A stretch of DNA of 64,000 nucleotides from Rhodospirillaceae bacterium (GTDB taxonomy: Bacteria; Pseudomonadota; Alphaproteobacteria; UBA6615): NCBI GenBank assembly GCA_038132575.1, contig JAYPRP010000005.1, positions 879 to 64,878 on the forward strand. The letters are read 5' to 3'. The position numbers and the translations under genes were made by a program. The notes beneath the pieces are model-generated. The model made no database searches, had not been told where the DNA came from, and worked only from the letters and a program-made list of their open reading frames with translations. This document shows, one piece after another, positions 54,931 to 64,000 of the stretch. Numbering within the stretch: the first letter of the stretch is position 1; each line of letters starts with the position of its first letter.

Positions 54931-56271
54931 ATGGCCCACACCGATAATCGAGAAGATAGGCAGTCGCGCGAGCGCGGACAACATGCCGGGCTCCGCCGAT
55001 CCACGGCGCAGGTGCGATTGCGCACGCTGGTGCTGATCCGCTGGATCGCCATCGCCGGACAGCTCGCCGCCGTTCTGATCGTCGAGTTCGGGTTTGGCTG
55101 GGCGTTGCCACTCGATGCCGCGCTCGCGGCCATCGGGGCCTCTATCCTGCTGAACCTGGCGATGACGCTCCGCCGGCCCCTGCGCGGGAGACTTTGCGAG
55201 CGGGAGGCGGCGGCCTATCTCGCCTTCGACACCCTGCAGCTCGCTGCGCTGCTCTACCTAACGGGCGGCCTCGGCAACCCGTTCGCGCTTTTGTTCCTTG
55301 GCCCGGTGACGGTCTCGGCCACTGTCCTCAGCCGCGCGGCAACGGCCATGCTCAGTGCGCTGGCCATCGGTTGCGCGAGCCTTCTGGCCTTCCATCACCT
55401 GCCGTTGCCATGGTTTGAGGGCGGGCTTGCGCTGCCCACCTACTACATCGCGGGGCTATGGGTGGCGGTGGCGGTCGGGACGCTGTTTCTCGGGGGCTAT
55501 GTCAACAGCGTCGCCGTCGAGGGACGGCGGATGTCCGATGCGCTCGCGGCTATCCAGCTTGCGCTCGCGCGTGAGCAGCAACTCTCCGCGGTCGGTGGTC
55601 TCGCCGCTGCGGCGGCGCACGAGTTGGGCAGCCCGCTTGCGACAATCGCCGTGACGGTCAAGGAACTCACGCGCGAAGTGCCCGCGGGTAGCGAGTTCGC
55701 CGACGATATTCGCATCCTGCAGGCCGAGGCCGACCGGTGCCGGGATATTCTCGCCGACCTCGGCCGGGCGCCGGAGCTCGCCGATTCCGTAGATCCGTTT
55801 GCCACGGCACTGTTCTCCGATGTGGTGGCTGCAGCGGCCGCGCGCCACAGGGACGATGTCATAACGCTGGACCTCGTTGCCGCCGGGATCGACGACAGCG
55901 ACGAACCGCTCGTCGCACGCGGCCCCGAACTTCTGCACGGTCTCGGCAACGTCATCCAGAACGCGGTACAGTTCGCGGGAACGCGGGTGTCGGTCGATAT
56001 CTGCTGGGACGCTGCCGAGGCGCGAGTCGAGGTGCGTGATGACGGCCCGGGATTTCTCCCGGCGGTTCTCGATCGCATCGGTGAGCCCTATATCTCCACT
56101 GGGGGCGAGGGGCATCTCGGTCTTGGCGTGTTCATTGCTCAGTCCCTGCTCGAGCGAACCGGTGCGCGGCTCCGGTTCGCGAACAGCCGCGCAGCCGGGC
56201 GGACCGACGGCGCGGAGGTCACGATCACTTGGCCGCGCGAGGTTCTTGAAGTTGGGTCTGGGAAGGGTTAA
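54931..56271 (+). CDS. actS: Redox-responsive sensor histidine kinase RegB/PrrB/ActS family
   Basis: Six N-terminal TM helices, H-box AAAAHELGSPLATI, HATPase domain (GLGNVIQNA, DDGPGF, GLGV). Confidence 0.8.
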   Translation: MAHTDNREDRQSRERGQHAGLRRSTAQVRLRTLVLIRWIAIAGQLAAVLIVEFGFGWALPLDAALAAIGASILLNLAMTLRRPLRGRLCEREAAAYLAFDTLQLAALLYLTGGLGNPFALLFLGPVTVSATVLSRAATAMLSALAIGCASLLAFHHLPLPWFEGGLALPTYYIAGLWVAVAVGTLFLGGYVNSVAVEGRRMSDALAAIQLALAREQQLSAVGGLAAAAAHELGSPLATIAVTVKELTREVPAGSEFADDIRILQAEADRCRDILADLGRAPELADSVDPFATALFSDVVAAAAARHRDDVITLDLVAAGIDDSDEPLVARGPELLHGLGNVIQNAVQFAGTRVSVDICWDAAEARVEVRDDGPGFLPAVLDRIGEPYISTGGEGHLGLGVFIAQSLLERTGARLRFANSRAAGRTDGAEVTITWPREVLEVGSGKG

Positions 56272-56280
56272 CCGATCGAT

Positions 56281-56844
56281 ATGGCTGAAGCGGAAAGACT
56301 GGATGCACCGGCGTCGGACGACGTCTCCCTGCTGATCGTCGACGATGAGCTGAACCTGCGCCAGCAACTGGCGAAAGCCATGGACCGGCGTGGATTCGAT
56401 TCCGCGGTGGCCGAGTCCGTCGCCGAGGGTGTCCGCGCGGTTGAATCCCGCCCGCCGAAGTATGCGGTGATCGACCTGCGGCTGGACGATGGCAGCGGAC
56501 TCGAGGTCGTCGAGGCGCTGCGCCGTCTGCGGGCCGATGCCCGCATTGTCGTCCTGACGGGCTACGGCAACATCGCGACAGCTGTCGCGGCGGTGAAGGC
56601 TGGCGCGGTCGACTATCTGCCCAAGCCTGCGGACGCGGACCAGGTCGCAGCGGCGCTCCTGGCCGACGGCGTGAGTTTGCCGCCGCCGCCGGACCGCCCG
56701 ATGTCGGCCGACCGAGTACGCTGGGAACATATCCAGCGCGTCTATGAACAGTGCGATCGCAACGTCTCGGAGACGGCGCGCCGCCTGAAGATGCACCGGC
56801 GTACGCTCCAGCGCATCCTCGCGAAGCACGCGCCGCGCGAGTAG
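56281..56844 (+). CDS. actR: Response regulator RegA/PrrA/ActR
   Basis: REC domain (LLIVDDE, D at VIDLRLDDG) plus the invariant C-terminal HTH NVSETARRLKMHRRTLQRIL. Confidence 0.85.
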   Translation: MAEAERLDAPASDDVSLLIVDDELNLRQQLAKAMDRRGFDSAVAESVAEGVRAVESRPPKYAVIDLRLDDGSGLEVVEALRRLRADARIVVLTGYGNIATAVAAVKAGAVDYLPKPADADQVAAALLADGVSLPPPPDRPMSADRVRWEHIQRVYEQCDRNVSETARRLKMHRRTLQRILAKHAPRE

Positions 56845-56845
56845 G

Positions 56846-57234
56846 TCGGGGAGTCGCCTCCATCGTTTCTGGGAAAGCCACCTGGCCTTTTCCGTGCGCG
56901 GGCGCAACCTGATAGTGCACCTCGGTCTCGGCGTCGATTCTATTGAGTTGCGCGAAGCGCTGATGATCTTCCTGCCGCGCTGGCGCTGCTCAAGTTTGAT
57001 GTCCAAGGCTTCGAGCTCGAGGTGTTGCGCGTTACGGGCGATCTGCTTGCCGCGTTCGAACATGTCTATGTGGAGGCGGCGTTCGAGGCGCTGTACAAGA
57101 GCCAGGCGCTGGTGGATGAGGTGATCGCACAATTGTTTGCCGCGGGCTTCGCCGAGGCCGGACGTTATAATGTGAGCCTTGGACCCGACGGCCAGCCGAT
57201 CCAGGCGGACTTCCTCTTCCGCCGGACCGCCTGA
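56846..57234 (+). pseudogene. 3' remnant of an FkbM-like methyltransferase gene (frameshifted fragment)
   Basis: Frame 1 reads ..LALLKFDVQGFELEVLRVTGDLLAAFEHVYVEA.., similar to the C-terminal FkbM segment (LKIDVEGxExxVL). Only about 110 codons remain, split over two frames, and no N-terminal domain is present. Confidence 0.35.
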
Positions 57235-57281
57235 TTTCTACCGGATGGCGGCGTGGGGCCGCACCTGCTAAGAGTGATGCG

Positions 57282-58742
57282 ATGAATTCCGCGCCGCGAC
57301 TGATTGACTGGCTGGACCGGCTCGCATCCGCGCATGTCGTATGCGTCGGCGATGTGATGCTTGATCGGTTCGTCTATGGGGATGTGGACCGCATTTCGCC
57401 CGAGGCACCGATACCGGTGTTGCGGATCGCGCGCAAGACCGTGATTGTCGGCGGCGCCGGTAACGTTGCCCGTAACCTTTCTGCACTGGGAACCGCGACG
57501 CGCCTGTTCGGCGTCGTGGGCGATGATCCGGCAGGCCGCGAAGCGGCAGAGGTCTTGTCCTTCGAACGCACGGTGAGCCTGTCGCTCCTGGCGGACGGCG
57601 CGCGCCCAACCACGGTCAAGACCCGTTTCATAGCGGGTGGACAGCAGTTGCTCCGGACCGACGAGGAGCAGCTTTCGGCCCTCTCCGATGCATTGATCGA
57701 GAATCTTTGCGGCGGCTTGACCGCCGCGGTATCGGGCGGCCACTGCGGCGCGCTGGTCCTCTCGGATTATGGCAAGGGCGTCGTGACGGACGCGGCGATC
57801 GCGGTCGCAATGGAAGCTGCGCGTGCCGCCAATGTGCCGGTGATCGTCGACCCGAAGGGAGAGGACTTCACCCGGTATAGGGGCGCCGACGTGATCACCC
57901 CGAACCGCCGGGAGCTGGGCGCGGCAGCGCGTATGCCGGCCGACACGGACGACGAGGTGACGGCGGCGGCGCGCCACCTTATTGAAACTTGCGGCCTTGG
58001 CGCGGTCATCGCGACCCGCGGTGCGGCTGGCATGACCGTCGTCACCGAAACCGACGCGGTACATCTGCCGGCACTTGCGCGCGAGGTGTTCGATGTTTCG
58101 GGCGCGGGCGACACGGTCGTGGCGACTCTGGCTGCGGGACTTGCGGTCGGCATGAAACTGGCGGACGCGGCGCAGCTCGCGAATGTCGCCGCCGGCCTCG
58201 TGGTGGCGAAGGTGGGCACGGCCGTCGTGCGCGCCGATGAGCTGGCCGACGGACTGGGCGGCGCGCCGGGACTGGTGGCGAAAATCCTGGACCGGGTTGG
58301 AACGCAGGAGCGGGTGGCGCAGTGGCGCGCACGCGGGTTGAAAGTCGGGTTCACCAACGGCTGCTTCGACATCATCCATCCGGGGCACGTCTCCCTCATC
58401 GAGCAGGCAAGTGCTGCCTGCGACCGGCTTGTCGTTGCGCTCAACAACGACGGCTCCGTGCGCCGACTCAAGGGCGATAGCCGTCCGGTCCAGCCGGAAG
58501 ATGCCAGGGCCCGGGTGATAGCGTCGCTCGCCGGCGTGGACGCGGTGGTTCTGTTCGACGAGGACACGCCGATGGCGCTGATCGAGGCCGTCCGGCCGGA
58601 TGTTCTGGTCAAGGGCGCTGACTACGCGCCCGACGAGATAGTAGGTGGCGATCTGGTGATATCCTACGGCGGCCGAGTCGTGCTGGCTGATCTCGTGGAC
58701 GGCTTCTCGACAACCAATACCATCTCGCGCATCACCGGCTGA
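57282..58742 (+). CDS. hldE: Bifunctional D-beta-D-heptose 7-phosphate kinase / D-beta-D-heptose 1-phosphate adenylyltransferase
   Basis: N-terminal ribokinase-like (GGAGNVA, DVSGAGDT) and C-terminal cytidylyltransferase (GFTNGCFDIIHPGH) domains. Confidence 0.9.
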   Translation: MNSAPRLIDWLDRLASAHVVCVGDVMLDRFVYGDVDRISPEAPIPVLRIARKTVIVGGAGNVARNLSALGTATRLFGVVGDDPAGREAAEVLSFERTVSLSLLADGARPTTVKTRFIAGGQQLLRTDEEQLSALSDALIENLCGGLTAAVSGGHCGALVLSDYGKGVVTDAAIAVAMEAARAANVPVIVDPKGEDFTRYRGADVITPNRRELGAAARMPADTDDEVTAAARHLIETCGLGAVIATRGAAGMTVVTETDAVHLPALAREVFDVSGAGDTVVATLAAGLAVGMKLADAAQLANVAAGLVVAKVGTAVVRADELADGLGGAPGLVAKILDRVGTQERVAQWRARGLKVGFTNGCFDIIHPGHVSLIEQASAACDRLVVALNNDGSVRRLKGDSRPVQPEDARARVIASLAGVDAVVLFDEDTPMALIEAVRPDVLVKGADYAPDEIVGGDLVISYGGRVVLADLVDGFSTTNTISRITG

Positions 58743-58757
58743 CGCCGGGGTCACGTC

Positions 58758-59219
58758 TCAGATTCGTGGATCTACGAGCCGCTGGTGGCGCCGGGCGGCC
58801 GCGCGCGCGAAGCGCAGGGTGAGCGCCTTGCGCCTGCTCGCGTGCAGGCCCGTGTCGGGAGCCTCACGGATGATCTCTCCGCCCCAGGAATCCGCGATAA
58901 TCAACCCTGCGCGCTCAGGCACCAGTTCATTTGGGAAGGTCGGCGGGACCGCGAAGTAAAGCCGGTCGCAGAAATCCTCGTACTCCGGCCACTTGGTGTC
59001 ACCGCGCAGGTCCGCCACGCTGACCTTCACCTCCACGATCGCGAAGGTGCCGCCCTCGGACAGCCCGATTACGTCGGCACGCCGGTTGTTGGCCAGGGTG
59101 AACTCGGTCAGGACCGCGTATCCGAGGCTGACCAGGTGCCGGCCGACCCCGCGGGTCGTCTCGACGGTCAGTTCGGCGGCGGCGAGGTCGTCCGCCGATC
59201 TTTCAGAAAGCTCGGACAT
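58758..59219 (-). CDS. MmcB-family DNA repair protein (DUF1052)
   Basis: 153 aa; recalled resemblance to the MmcB family; low certainty. Confidence 0.6.
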   Translation of the reverse strand: MSELSERSADDLAAAELTVETTRGVGRHLVSLGYAVLTEFTLANNRRADVIGLSEGGTFAIVEVKVSVADLRGDTKWPEYEDFCDRLYFAVPPTFPNELVPERAGLIIADSWGGEIIREAPDTGLHASRRKALTLRFARAAARRHQRLVDPRI

Positions 59220-59360
59220 AACGGTAAAGCGTTGTTAACAATACAATATTAAACTTGCACCTTAATGCGGAGGTAGTCCGGTCCGGTATATCTTGCATAC
59301 TCGGTCGGGGTAGAACTGTGACCAAATTTCCCTGCATGTCAGCAGGTACCGGAGTGGAAT

Positions 59361-59549
59361 ATGGCAGACCAGCAGACTAACGAAAACAAAGCTTCCCGCG
59401 CCATGAGACGCCGGAAGGCGATCGCGCGCATTGGCCTTGCCGCCGGCGTCGCCCACGCCGCGCCGACCCTTGTCCACCTCGATCGCAGCGCCAATGCGAA
59501 GGTGCTGCCGTCACCGTGCCCGCGGCCGGGCAAGGGCAAAGGCTTCTAA
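59361..59549 (+). CDS. Small basic hypothetical protein (62 aa)
   Basis: ORF with SD GGAGTGG 7 nt upstream, downstream of an AT-rich promoter-like region containing the palindrome TGTTAACA. Confidence 0.35.
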   Translation: MADQQTNENKASRAMRRRKAIARIGLAAGVAHAAPTLVHLDRSANAKVLPSPCPRPGKGKGF

Positions 59550-59589
59550 TCAACGGATTTCCGGCCTGATCCCCGCATGACGTCGGATT

Positions 59590-60120
59590 AGTTCTTGCAG
59601 GCCCAGCGTTTTTCGACGACGGCGATCATGCTGGCGCGGAAACGCTGTTGCGCGAACCCCTGGACACTTCACCGAAGCATGTCGCCGCCTGGCGCTTGTA
59701 CGCCGATGTCCTTGGGGCGCTCGACCGCCAAGCTGAGGTGAATTCCGACGCGCGGACGCGGTCGGGTCTGACCAGAACGCGGAGGTCGGCGCGTTGCTGC
59801 TGTTTCTCGTCAAGGCTGCGTTGCGCGGGATCTATGCGGAGCTGATCGAGGGCGATCTCCAAACGGCCATGGAGGCGCAGGCTGACGGAAGCGCGGATGC
59901 TATCCTGGCGGCAGACGTCTTTGTCTATCTGGGCGAGCTTGCGCCACTCTTCGGCTAATGCCGGCGCGTGCTTGCGCAGGGCGGCATCTTCATCGCGACA
60001 TTCGAGGATGCGCACGGGTCGACGGACAGCTAGAAACTGGCGCGATCCGGCCGCTACACCCACGCGCTTCCCTATCTTAAGCGCATCGCCATCGAGGCCG
60101 GGCGTTTGCATGAATCTTGA
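59590..60120 (+). pseudogene. Decayed TPR / class-I SAM-methyltransferase gene remnant
   Basis: Three frames give successive protein-like fragments: LREPLDTSPKHVAAWRLYADVLGALDRQAE (TPR-like), ..ADGSADAILAADVFVYLGELAPLFG* (MTase post-II motif), ..VLAQGGIFIATFEDA..* and ..YTHALPYLKRIAIEAGRLHES*. Multiple frameshifts and stops. Confidence 0.4.
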
Positions 60121-60137
60121 AACTTGACGTACGGCGA

Positions 60138-60695
60138 CTAGGCGGCCTGCGGCACGCTTGTTTCGTCGATCAGCGCTAGGAAGGTCTCAGTCAGTGTGGC
60201 GCCCGCGGCCTCCGACGTGGCGGTGATCATAGTGCCCTCGGTTACGACGGCCTCGTCGGCAACCCAGACGGCGCCGGCGCGGTTCAGCGCTTCGCCGAGC
60301 TCTCCGTCGCCTGCAATCCGCCGACCGGCCGCAAGCTCGGCCGAGATCAGAAGGTTCACGGCCTCGCCTATCACCAGCACCGGCTGGTTGGCGTCGAGGA
60401 ATGCACCGATCAGGCGCTTCGTGTGCGGGTTCTCCGCCAGGGTCTTGGCGCTGTTTATCCCGTCGGGGAGGATCAGGCCGCAGAAATCAGCTGCCAGCGC
60501 GTCTCCTATGGCCTCGTCGGCCATGAAATGATGGCCCCAGGCATCGGCGTGCCAGCCCTGTACCAGCCCGCCGTCGGGCGAGACCACCTTCATCGCCCGG
60601 CCCTTTGCCAGAAGCGTTTTCTGCGTATTGGTGAACGTGGTTTCGGCGAAGCCGGCCGCGGCGAGAATTGCGATAGGAAGTTTTTCTTCTGCCAT
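60138..60695 (-). CDS. DJ-1/PfpI-family protein
   Basis: 185 aa, class-I glutamine amidotransferase-like fold signature. Confidence 0.75.
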   Translation of the reverse strand: MAEEKLPIAILAAAGFAETTFTNTQKTLLAKGRAMKVVSPDGGLVQGWHADAWGHHFMADEAIGDALAADFCGLILPDGINSAKTLAENPHTKRLIGAFLDANQPVLVIGEAVNLLISAELAAGRRIAGDGELGEALNRAGAVWVADEAVVTEGTMITATSEAAGATLTETFLALIDETSVPQAA

Positions 60696-60958
60696 TTACA
60701 CACTCCATGTATGCGTGGCGCCAACCGGGCCGGAGAATCCGTCGGAGACGCGGTGTATCGGTGCCCCTCGTGGATGCGGCGACAAAGAGCGTTGCGCGCA
60801 TTCCTTGGGGACATGCTCGTTCGGAAGCGGCACGTCGCCAGAAGCGACGGTCGAGACCGCAATTGCGAAGGAGGCCGGAATTTAGGAATCGCGCCGGCGA
60901 GAGTCAATCTGCCGGCGGGAGAATGTGCCGTTTCGCCGCACGATTTTGCGTGGTGGCG

Positions 60959-61456
60959 CTAGCGGGCGATGCCCGGGTGTGGGTCGCGCCGCGGGGCCGG
61001 AGGCCGCGAGCTGTCGGTGTCCCGCGAGGATTCTTGGCGCGTGACGGTGCCGGAGATTTCGCCGCCGGACTCGACCTCGATGCGGCCGTACCGGATCGCG
61101 CCCGTGACGTGCCCACTGCTGCGAACCTGCAGCACGCCCGAGACGGTGAGTTCGCCCTCGAATCGCCCGGTGATCTCCGCCTCGGCGACGGTGGCGGTTC
61201 CGGAGAAGGTGCCGCCTTCGGAAACTGCGAGGACCTTGCAGACGAGGGTCGCGTCGACCGTGCCCTCGACCACCAGCGTGTCGCAATCCGAGACCTCGCC
61301 TTTCAGCTTGATCCCAGGGCCCACGGTCATTCGGGCCTCAACACTGCGCGGCGCCAGGCGTGTCTCGGGGCGACGGGAAGCATTGTCGGCGGAGACCGGC
61401 GGTATCTCGGCCAGGCTTCGTGCGGGCTTCTCGCCCGTGGTAACAGTGTGGTTCAT
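60959..61456 (-). CDS. Bactofilin-family cytoskeletal protein
   Basis: DUF583 beta-helical repeats (VEGTVDATLVCKVLAVSEGGTFSGTATVAEAEITGRFEGELTVSG..GAIRYGRIEVESGGEISGTV). Start MNHTV chosen because an intrinsic terminator lies inside the longer ORF extension. Confidence 0.7.
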   Translation of the reverse strand: MNHTVTTGEKPARSLAEIPPVSADNASRRPETRLAPRSVEARMTVGPGIKLKGEVSDCDTLVVEGTVDATLVCKVLAVSEGGTFSGTATVAEAEITGRFEGELTVSGVLQVRSSGHVTGAIRYGRIEVESGGEISGTVTRQESSRDTDSSRPPAPRRDPHPGIAR

Positions 61457-61640
61457 TCTCGGTGTCTCGGTCGGCGTCGCAGGCCGGGGCGAGGGGGTTT
61501 CATCAGGGTGCGATTTCCGAAACACTTTAGCGCATCTCTTATGTGGCGGCAGGACAATTCTCGCTTTCGCACGATTGATATCGCGCGGATAGGGACGATC
61601 GCCGGCAAGTGTCGCCACGGCATGGCTGCGGCGGGGCAAA

Positions 61641-61681
61641 TTTGCAGTAAAACGAAACAAGCCGCCTTAACGAGCGGCTTG
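61641..61681 (-). terminator. Intrinsic terminator downstream of tRNA-Arg
   Basis: Minus strand: CAAGCCGC-loop-GCGGCUUG hairpin followed by UUUCGUUUUACUG. Confidence 0.55.
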
Positions 61682-61770
61682 TCATAGATTTCACGATAAT
61701 ACCCGAAAATGTCCTTCTCAAAAGAGTTAACGTGAGATCGTTTCTCTCCATCACTGTGACGCGGCTGTGA

Positions 61771-61959
<189 letters not shown>

Positions 61960-62018
61960 TGAATTGCGCCCCATATTGAGGCAAATCTTTTAGGGCTTTT
62001 AGGCCGGGAGAATCGTCA

Positions 62019-62435
62019 ATGAGCGACGAAAACGACTCTAAAATTGAGAAAACCGACGAGGAATGGCGGCGCGACCTGACCCCCGAGCAGTATCAGATCA
62101 CGCGCCAGGCGGGCACCGAACCGCCCTTTACCGGGAAGTATCATGATTCAAAGGATCCGGGGACGTTTCATTGCGTATGCTGCGGCGCGGCGTTGTTCGA
62201 ATCTGGGACAAAGTACGATTCCGGCTCCGGCTGGCCGAGTTTCTGGCAGCCGGTGGAGGCGTCGGCCGTCGAAACACGCGTCGATCGAGCCTACGGCATG
62301 GTTCGCAACGAGGTCGTTTGTGCCCGGTGTGATGCCCATCTCGGGCATGTTTTTCCCGATGGGCCGCAGCCGACGGGACTTCGCTACTGCATGAACTCCG
62401 CATCGCTCGAGCTGAAACCCGACAACGATGCGTGA
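62019..62435 (+). CDS. msrB: Peptide-methionine (R)-S-oxide reductase
   Basis: SelR domain with two CxxC pairs ([10 protein letters not shown]..; [12 protein letters not shown]) and catalytic RYCMNS. Confidence 0.9.
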   Translation: MSDENDSKIEKTDEEWRRDLTPEQYQITRQAGTEPPFTGKYHDSKDPGTFHCVCCGAALFESGTKYDSGSGWPSFWQPVEASAVETRVDRAYGMVRNEVVCARCDAHLGHVFPDGPQPTGLRYCMNSASLELKPDNDA

Positions 62436-62535
62436 TCGTGCCGGCGCGCGCTAGCGCGGCTGTCAGCCCGATCACGAAGAACAGCACTACCGGCGACAGC
62501 AGGTTGGCCGTCTGGCCCGCGAGGATGGTGCCCAT
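62436..62535 (-). pseudogene. Orphan 5' fragment of a membrane-transporter gene
   Basis: The minus strand encodes MGTILAGQTANLLSPVVLFFVIGLTAALARAG (TM helix), then runs into the msrB coding region in a non-protein-like frame. Confidence 0.3.
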
Positions 62536-62714
62536 TGGCTTCGTCCCTCGGTTGGCTGAAACCGCGCCGAGGTTGCTGCTCGCTGCAACGTGATTGGAAA
62601 TTCATGAATGCCGGATACGAGCGAATATGGAACGATCTGATAACTACCAAAATGCTCTCTCGTCCCATGCGAGGCGCCGGGCAAAGCCGCCACGGCGACG
62701 GATACGCCGTCGCC

Positions 62715-63713
62715 CTAGTTTTCGATGAAGCGGCTTTCGGGGTTGTTCCGGTCGGCGCCCGATGGAAGCGCGCCTGCCGGGTCGGCGATCCAGCTCAGGA
62801 TGTCGTTCAGCACCACATCGCCCTGCAGGTCACGCAACAACATGTGATAGCCGTTGTCATAGACGGCCACGCGGCGCTGTTCCTCGGACACGGGCGGCAG
62901 GCTCTTGAGCATTCGCCGGGATGCCTCGGGCGGCACGACGTCGTCATTCGCGCCGTAGAGCAGCAATGCCGGCGCATCGAACCCGGCCGCGGCGTCGAGT
63001 GCATCGTCCATCAGGTTGACGATCCCCCAGACGGCGTCCACGCGTGTGTTCTTGATCACCAACGGATCGCGTCTCAGGGCCCGCAGCATCTCGATATTGT
63101 CTGACGGGTTGCGCTTGACCCCCTGGCCGGTCAGCGGCATCCAGGGCAGCGTGTGCGCGAACAGCCACAGGCTCATCGTCTGGTAGGCAGGCATGGTCGC
63201 CCGACCCCACACGGCCGGTGCGACGAGGATCAGCCCGTCGGCGTCGAGCGGTTCCTCGACCCAGGCCGACATGAGGACCGCGCCGCCCATGCTTTCACCC
63301 AGCGCATAGACGCGCGCGCCGGGGAATGCGTCGCGGGTGGCCTGTATGGCGGCGCGAGCGTCAGCGCGGAGCCGACTGCCACCGGCCCACACGCCCGCCT
63401 GATCGGATGCACCGAAGCCGCGCTGGTCATAGGCCAGCGCCGCGACCCCGTTCGAGGCAAGGCGCGGGCCGATCTCCGCGAATGCGTTCGAATAGTCGTT
63501 GAAGCCGTGCAGCGCGACGATCACCGTGTGCGGCGAGGTCGCGGGCAGCCAGTGCCGCAGCGGCAGCCGGGTGCCGTCCGGTGCGATGAAATGCGATTCT
63601 GTCAGGGCAGTCGGCATGGGCATTTCGGCGTGGGGGCCCGGGCCCTGGATGCTCGGCGCGCAGGCAGCGATCAGCGCCGCGACGATCAGGAACAGGGTCT
63701 GGCGGAACCTCAT
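62715..63713 (-). CDS. Alpha/beta-hydrolase lipoprotein (lysophospholipase/monoglyceride lipase-like)
   Basis: Lipobox LIAAC; HG oxyanion motif (ALHGFNDYS); nucleophile elbow GESMGG. Confidence 0.8.
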   Translation of the reverse strand: MRFRQTLFLIVAALIAACAPSIQGPGPHAEMPMPTALTESHFIAPDGTRLPLRHWLPATSPHTVIVALHGFNDYSNAFAEIGPRLASNGVAALAYDQRGFGASDQAGVWAGGSRLRADARAAIQATRDAFPGARVYALGESMGGAVLMSAWVEEPLDADGLILVAPAVWGRATMPAYQTMSLWLFAHTLPWMPLTGQGVKRNPSDNIEMLRALRRDPLVIKNTRVDAVWGIVNLMDDALDAAAGFDAPALLLYGANDDVVPPEASRRMLKSLPPVSEEQRRVAVYDNGYHMLLRDLQGDVVLNDILSWIADPAGALPSGADRNNPESRFIEN

Positions 63714-64000
63714 TCGGTGTCGGATGTGCCCTGGGTGAGGGCCAGGAACACGTCCTCCAGGTCGGGCTCTTCCGTTGACAGATCGGCGACCGCGAGGCCG
63801 GCGGCCGCCACGGCGTCGAGAATCTCGTGCACCGCGGTGTCGCGGGTCCTATAGCGGAACACGACGGTCCGCGGGCCCGTCTGCTCGGCGTTGAGGTCCG
63901 CGAGCGTCGCCGGCACGCCGTCTATATCGGCGGTGAGCGTGAGGCGCAGTTCCTTGTTGTCGAGGCGCGCAACCAGCGCGCGGGTCTCGTCGCATGCGAT
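63710..64000 (-). CDS. ABC transporter ATP-binding protein, C-terminal part (gene continues beyond the window)
   Basis: Open minus-strand frame through 64000 (..DETRALVARLDNKELRLTLTADIDGVPATLADLNAEQTGPRTVVFRYRT..VFLALTQ). The stop overlaps the hydrolase start. Confidence 0.55.
   Translation of the reverse strand: MACDETRALVARLDNKELRLTLTADIDGVPATLADLNAEQTGPRTVVFRYRTRDTAVHEILDAVAAAGLAVADLSTEEPDLEDVFLALTQGTSDTE

Overview
This is a high-GC (about 66-67%) alphaproteobacterial chromosomal segment centred on the replication-initiation gene block rpsT-dnaA-dnaN-recF-gyrB (15-22 kb). I read almost the whole window as coding; most listed ORFs are opposite-strand or off-frame artefacts of real genes, which is typical of GC-rich DNA. 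There is no CRISPR array, rRNA, integrase or transposase. Genome-scale and structural checks (GC skew, Rfam/Pfam, RNA folding) were not run.

Left flank (1-15 kb):
- fabB (partial) and fabA, with divergent irr (Fur-family iron response regulator).
- A rubrerythrin / HdrD-like Fe-S protein / DUF3501 module, preceded by perfect ICE-like (Irr-box-like) palindromes.
- Housekeeping genes: cysK with an Rrf2 regulator and a MoeB/ThiF-like enzyme, dut, coaBC, ubiE-ubiB, mutM, a crotonase.

Right of gyrB (22-29 kb):
- A class A PBP.
- An orphan ABC ATPase translationally coupled to a Bcr/CflA MFS pump.
- Two tandem paralogous DMT (EamA) transporters.

Cobalamin (B12) locus (about 28-53 kb), the largest block:
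- Genes seen: cobB/cbiA, cobA, cbiD, cobK, cobM, a cbiG-cobJ fusion, cobI, cobL, cobH, a long-form His-rich cbiX, cobD, cobQ, cobO, cobN, cobW, cobU, cobC, cobS, cobT.
- A clear cobalamin riboswitch lies upstream of cobU-cobW-cobN-cobO-cobQ.
- Unexpected passengers sit inside the cluster: a secreted ankyrin-repeat protein, a YcgN (UPF0260) Cys-cluster protein translationally coupled to cobB, a DHDPS-family enzyme, a small 3-TM membrane protein, and an alpha/beta-hydrolase gene interrupted by one in-frame amber codon.

Right end (53-64 kb):
- An ABC-2 transporter, the redox two-component system RegB/ActS-RegA/ActR, hldE, an MmcB-family gene, a DJ-1/PfpI protein, a bactofilin, tRNA-Arg(CCG) and msrB.
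- An alpha/beta-hydrolase lipoprotein with an upstream ABC ATPase.
- Several decayed gene remnants: an FkbM-like fragment, a TPR/SAM-methyltransferase fragment and a transporter N-terminus.
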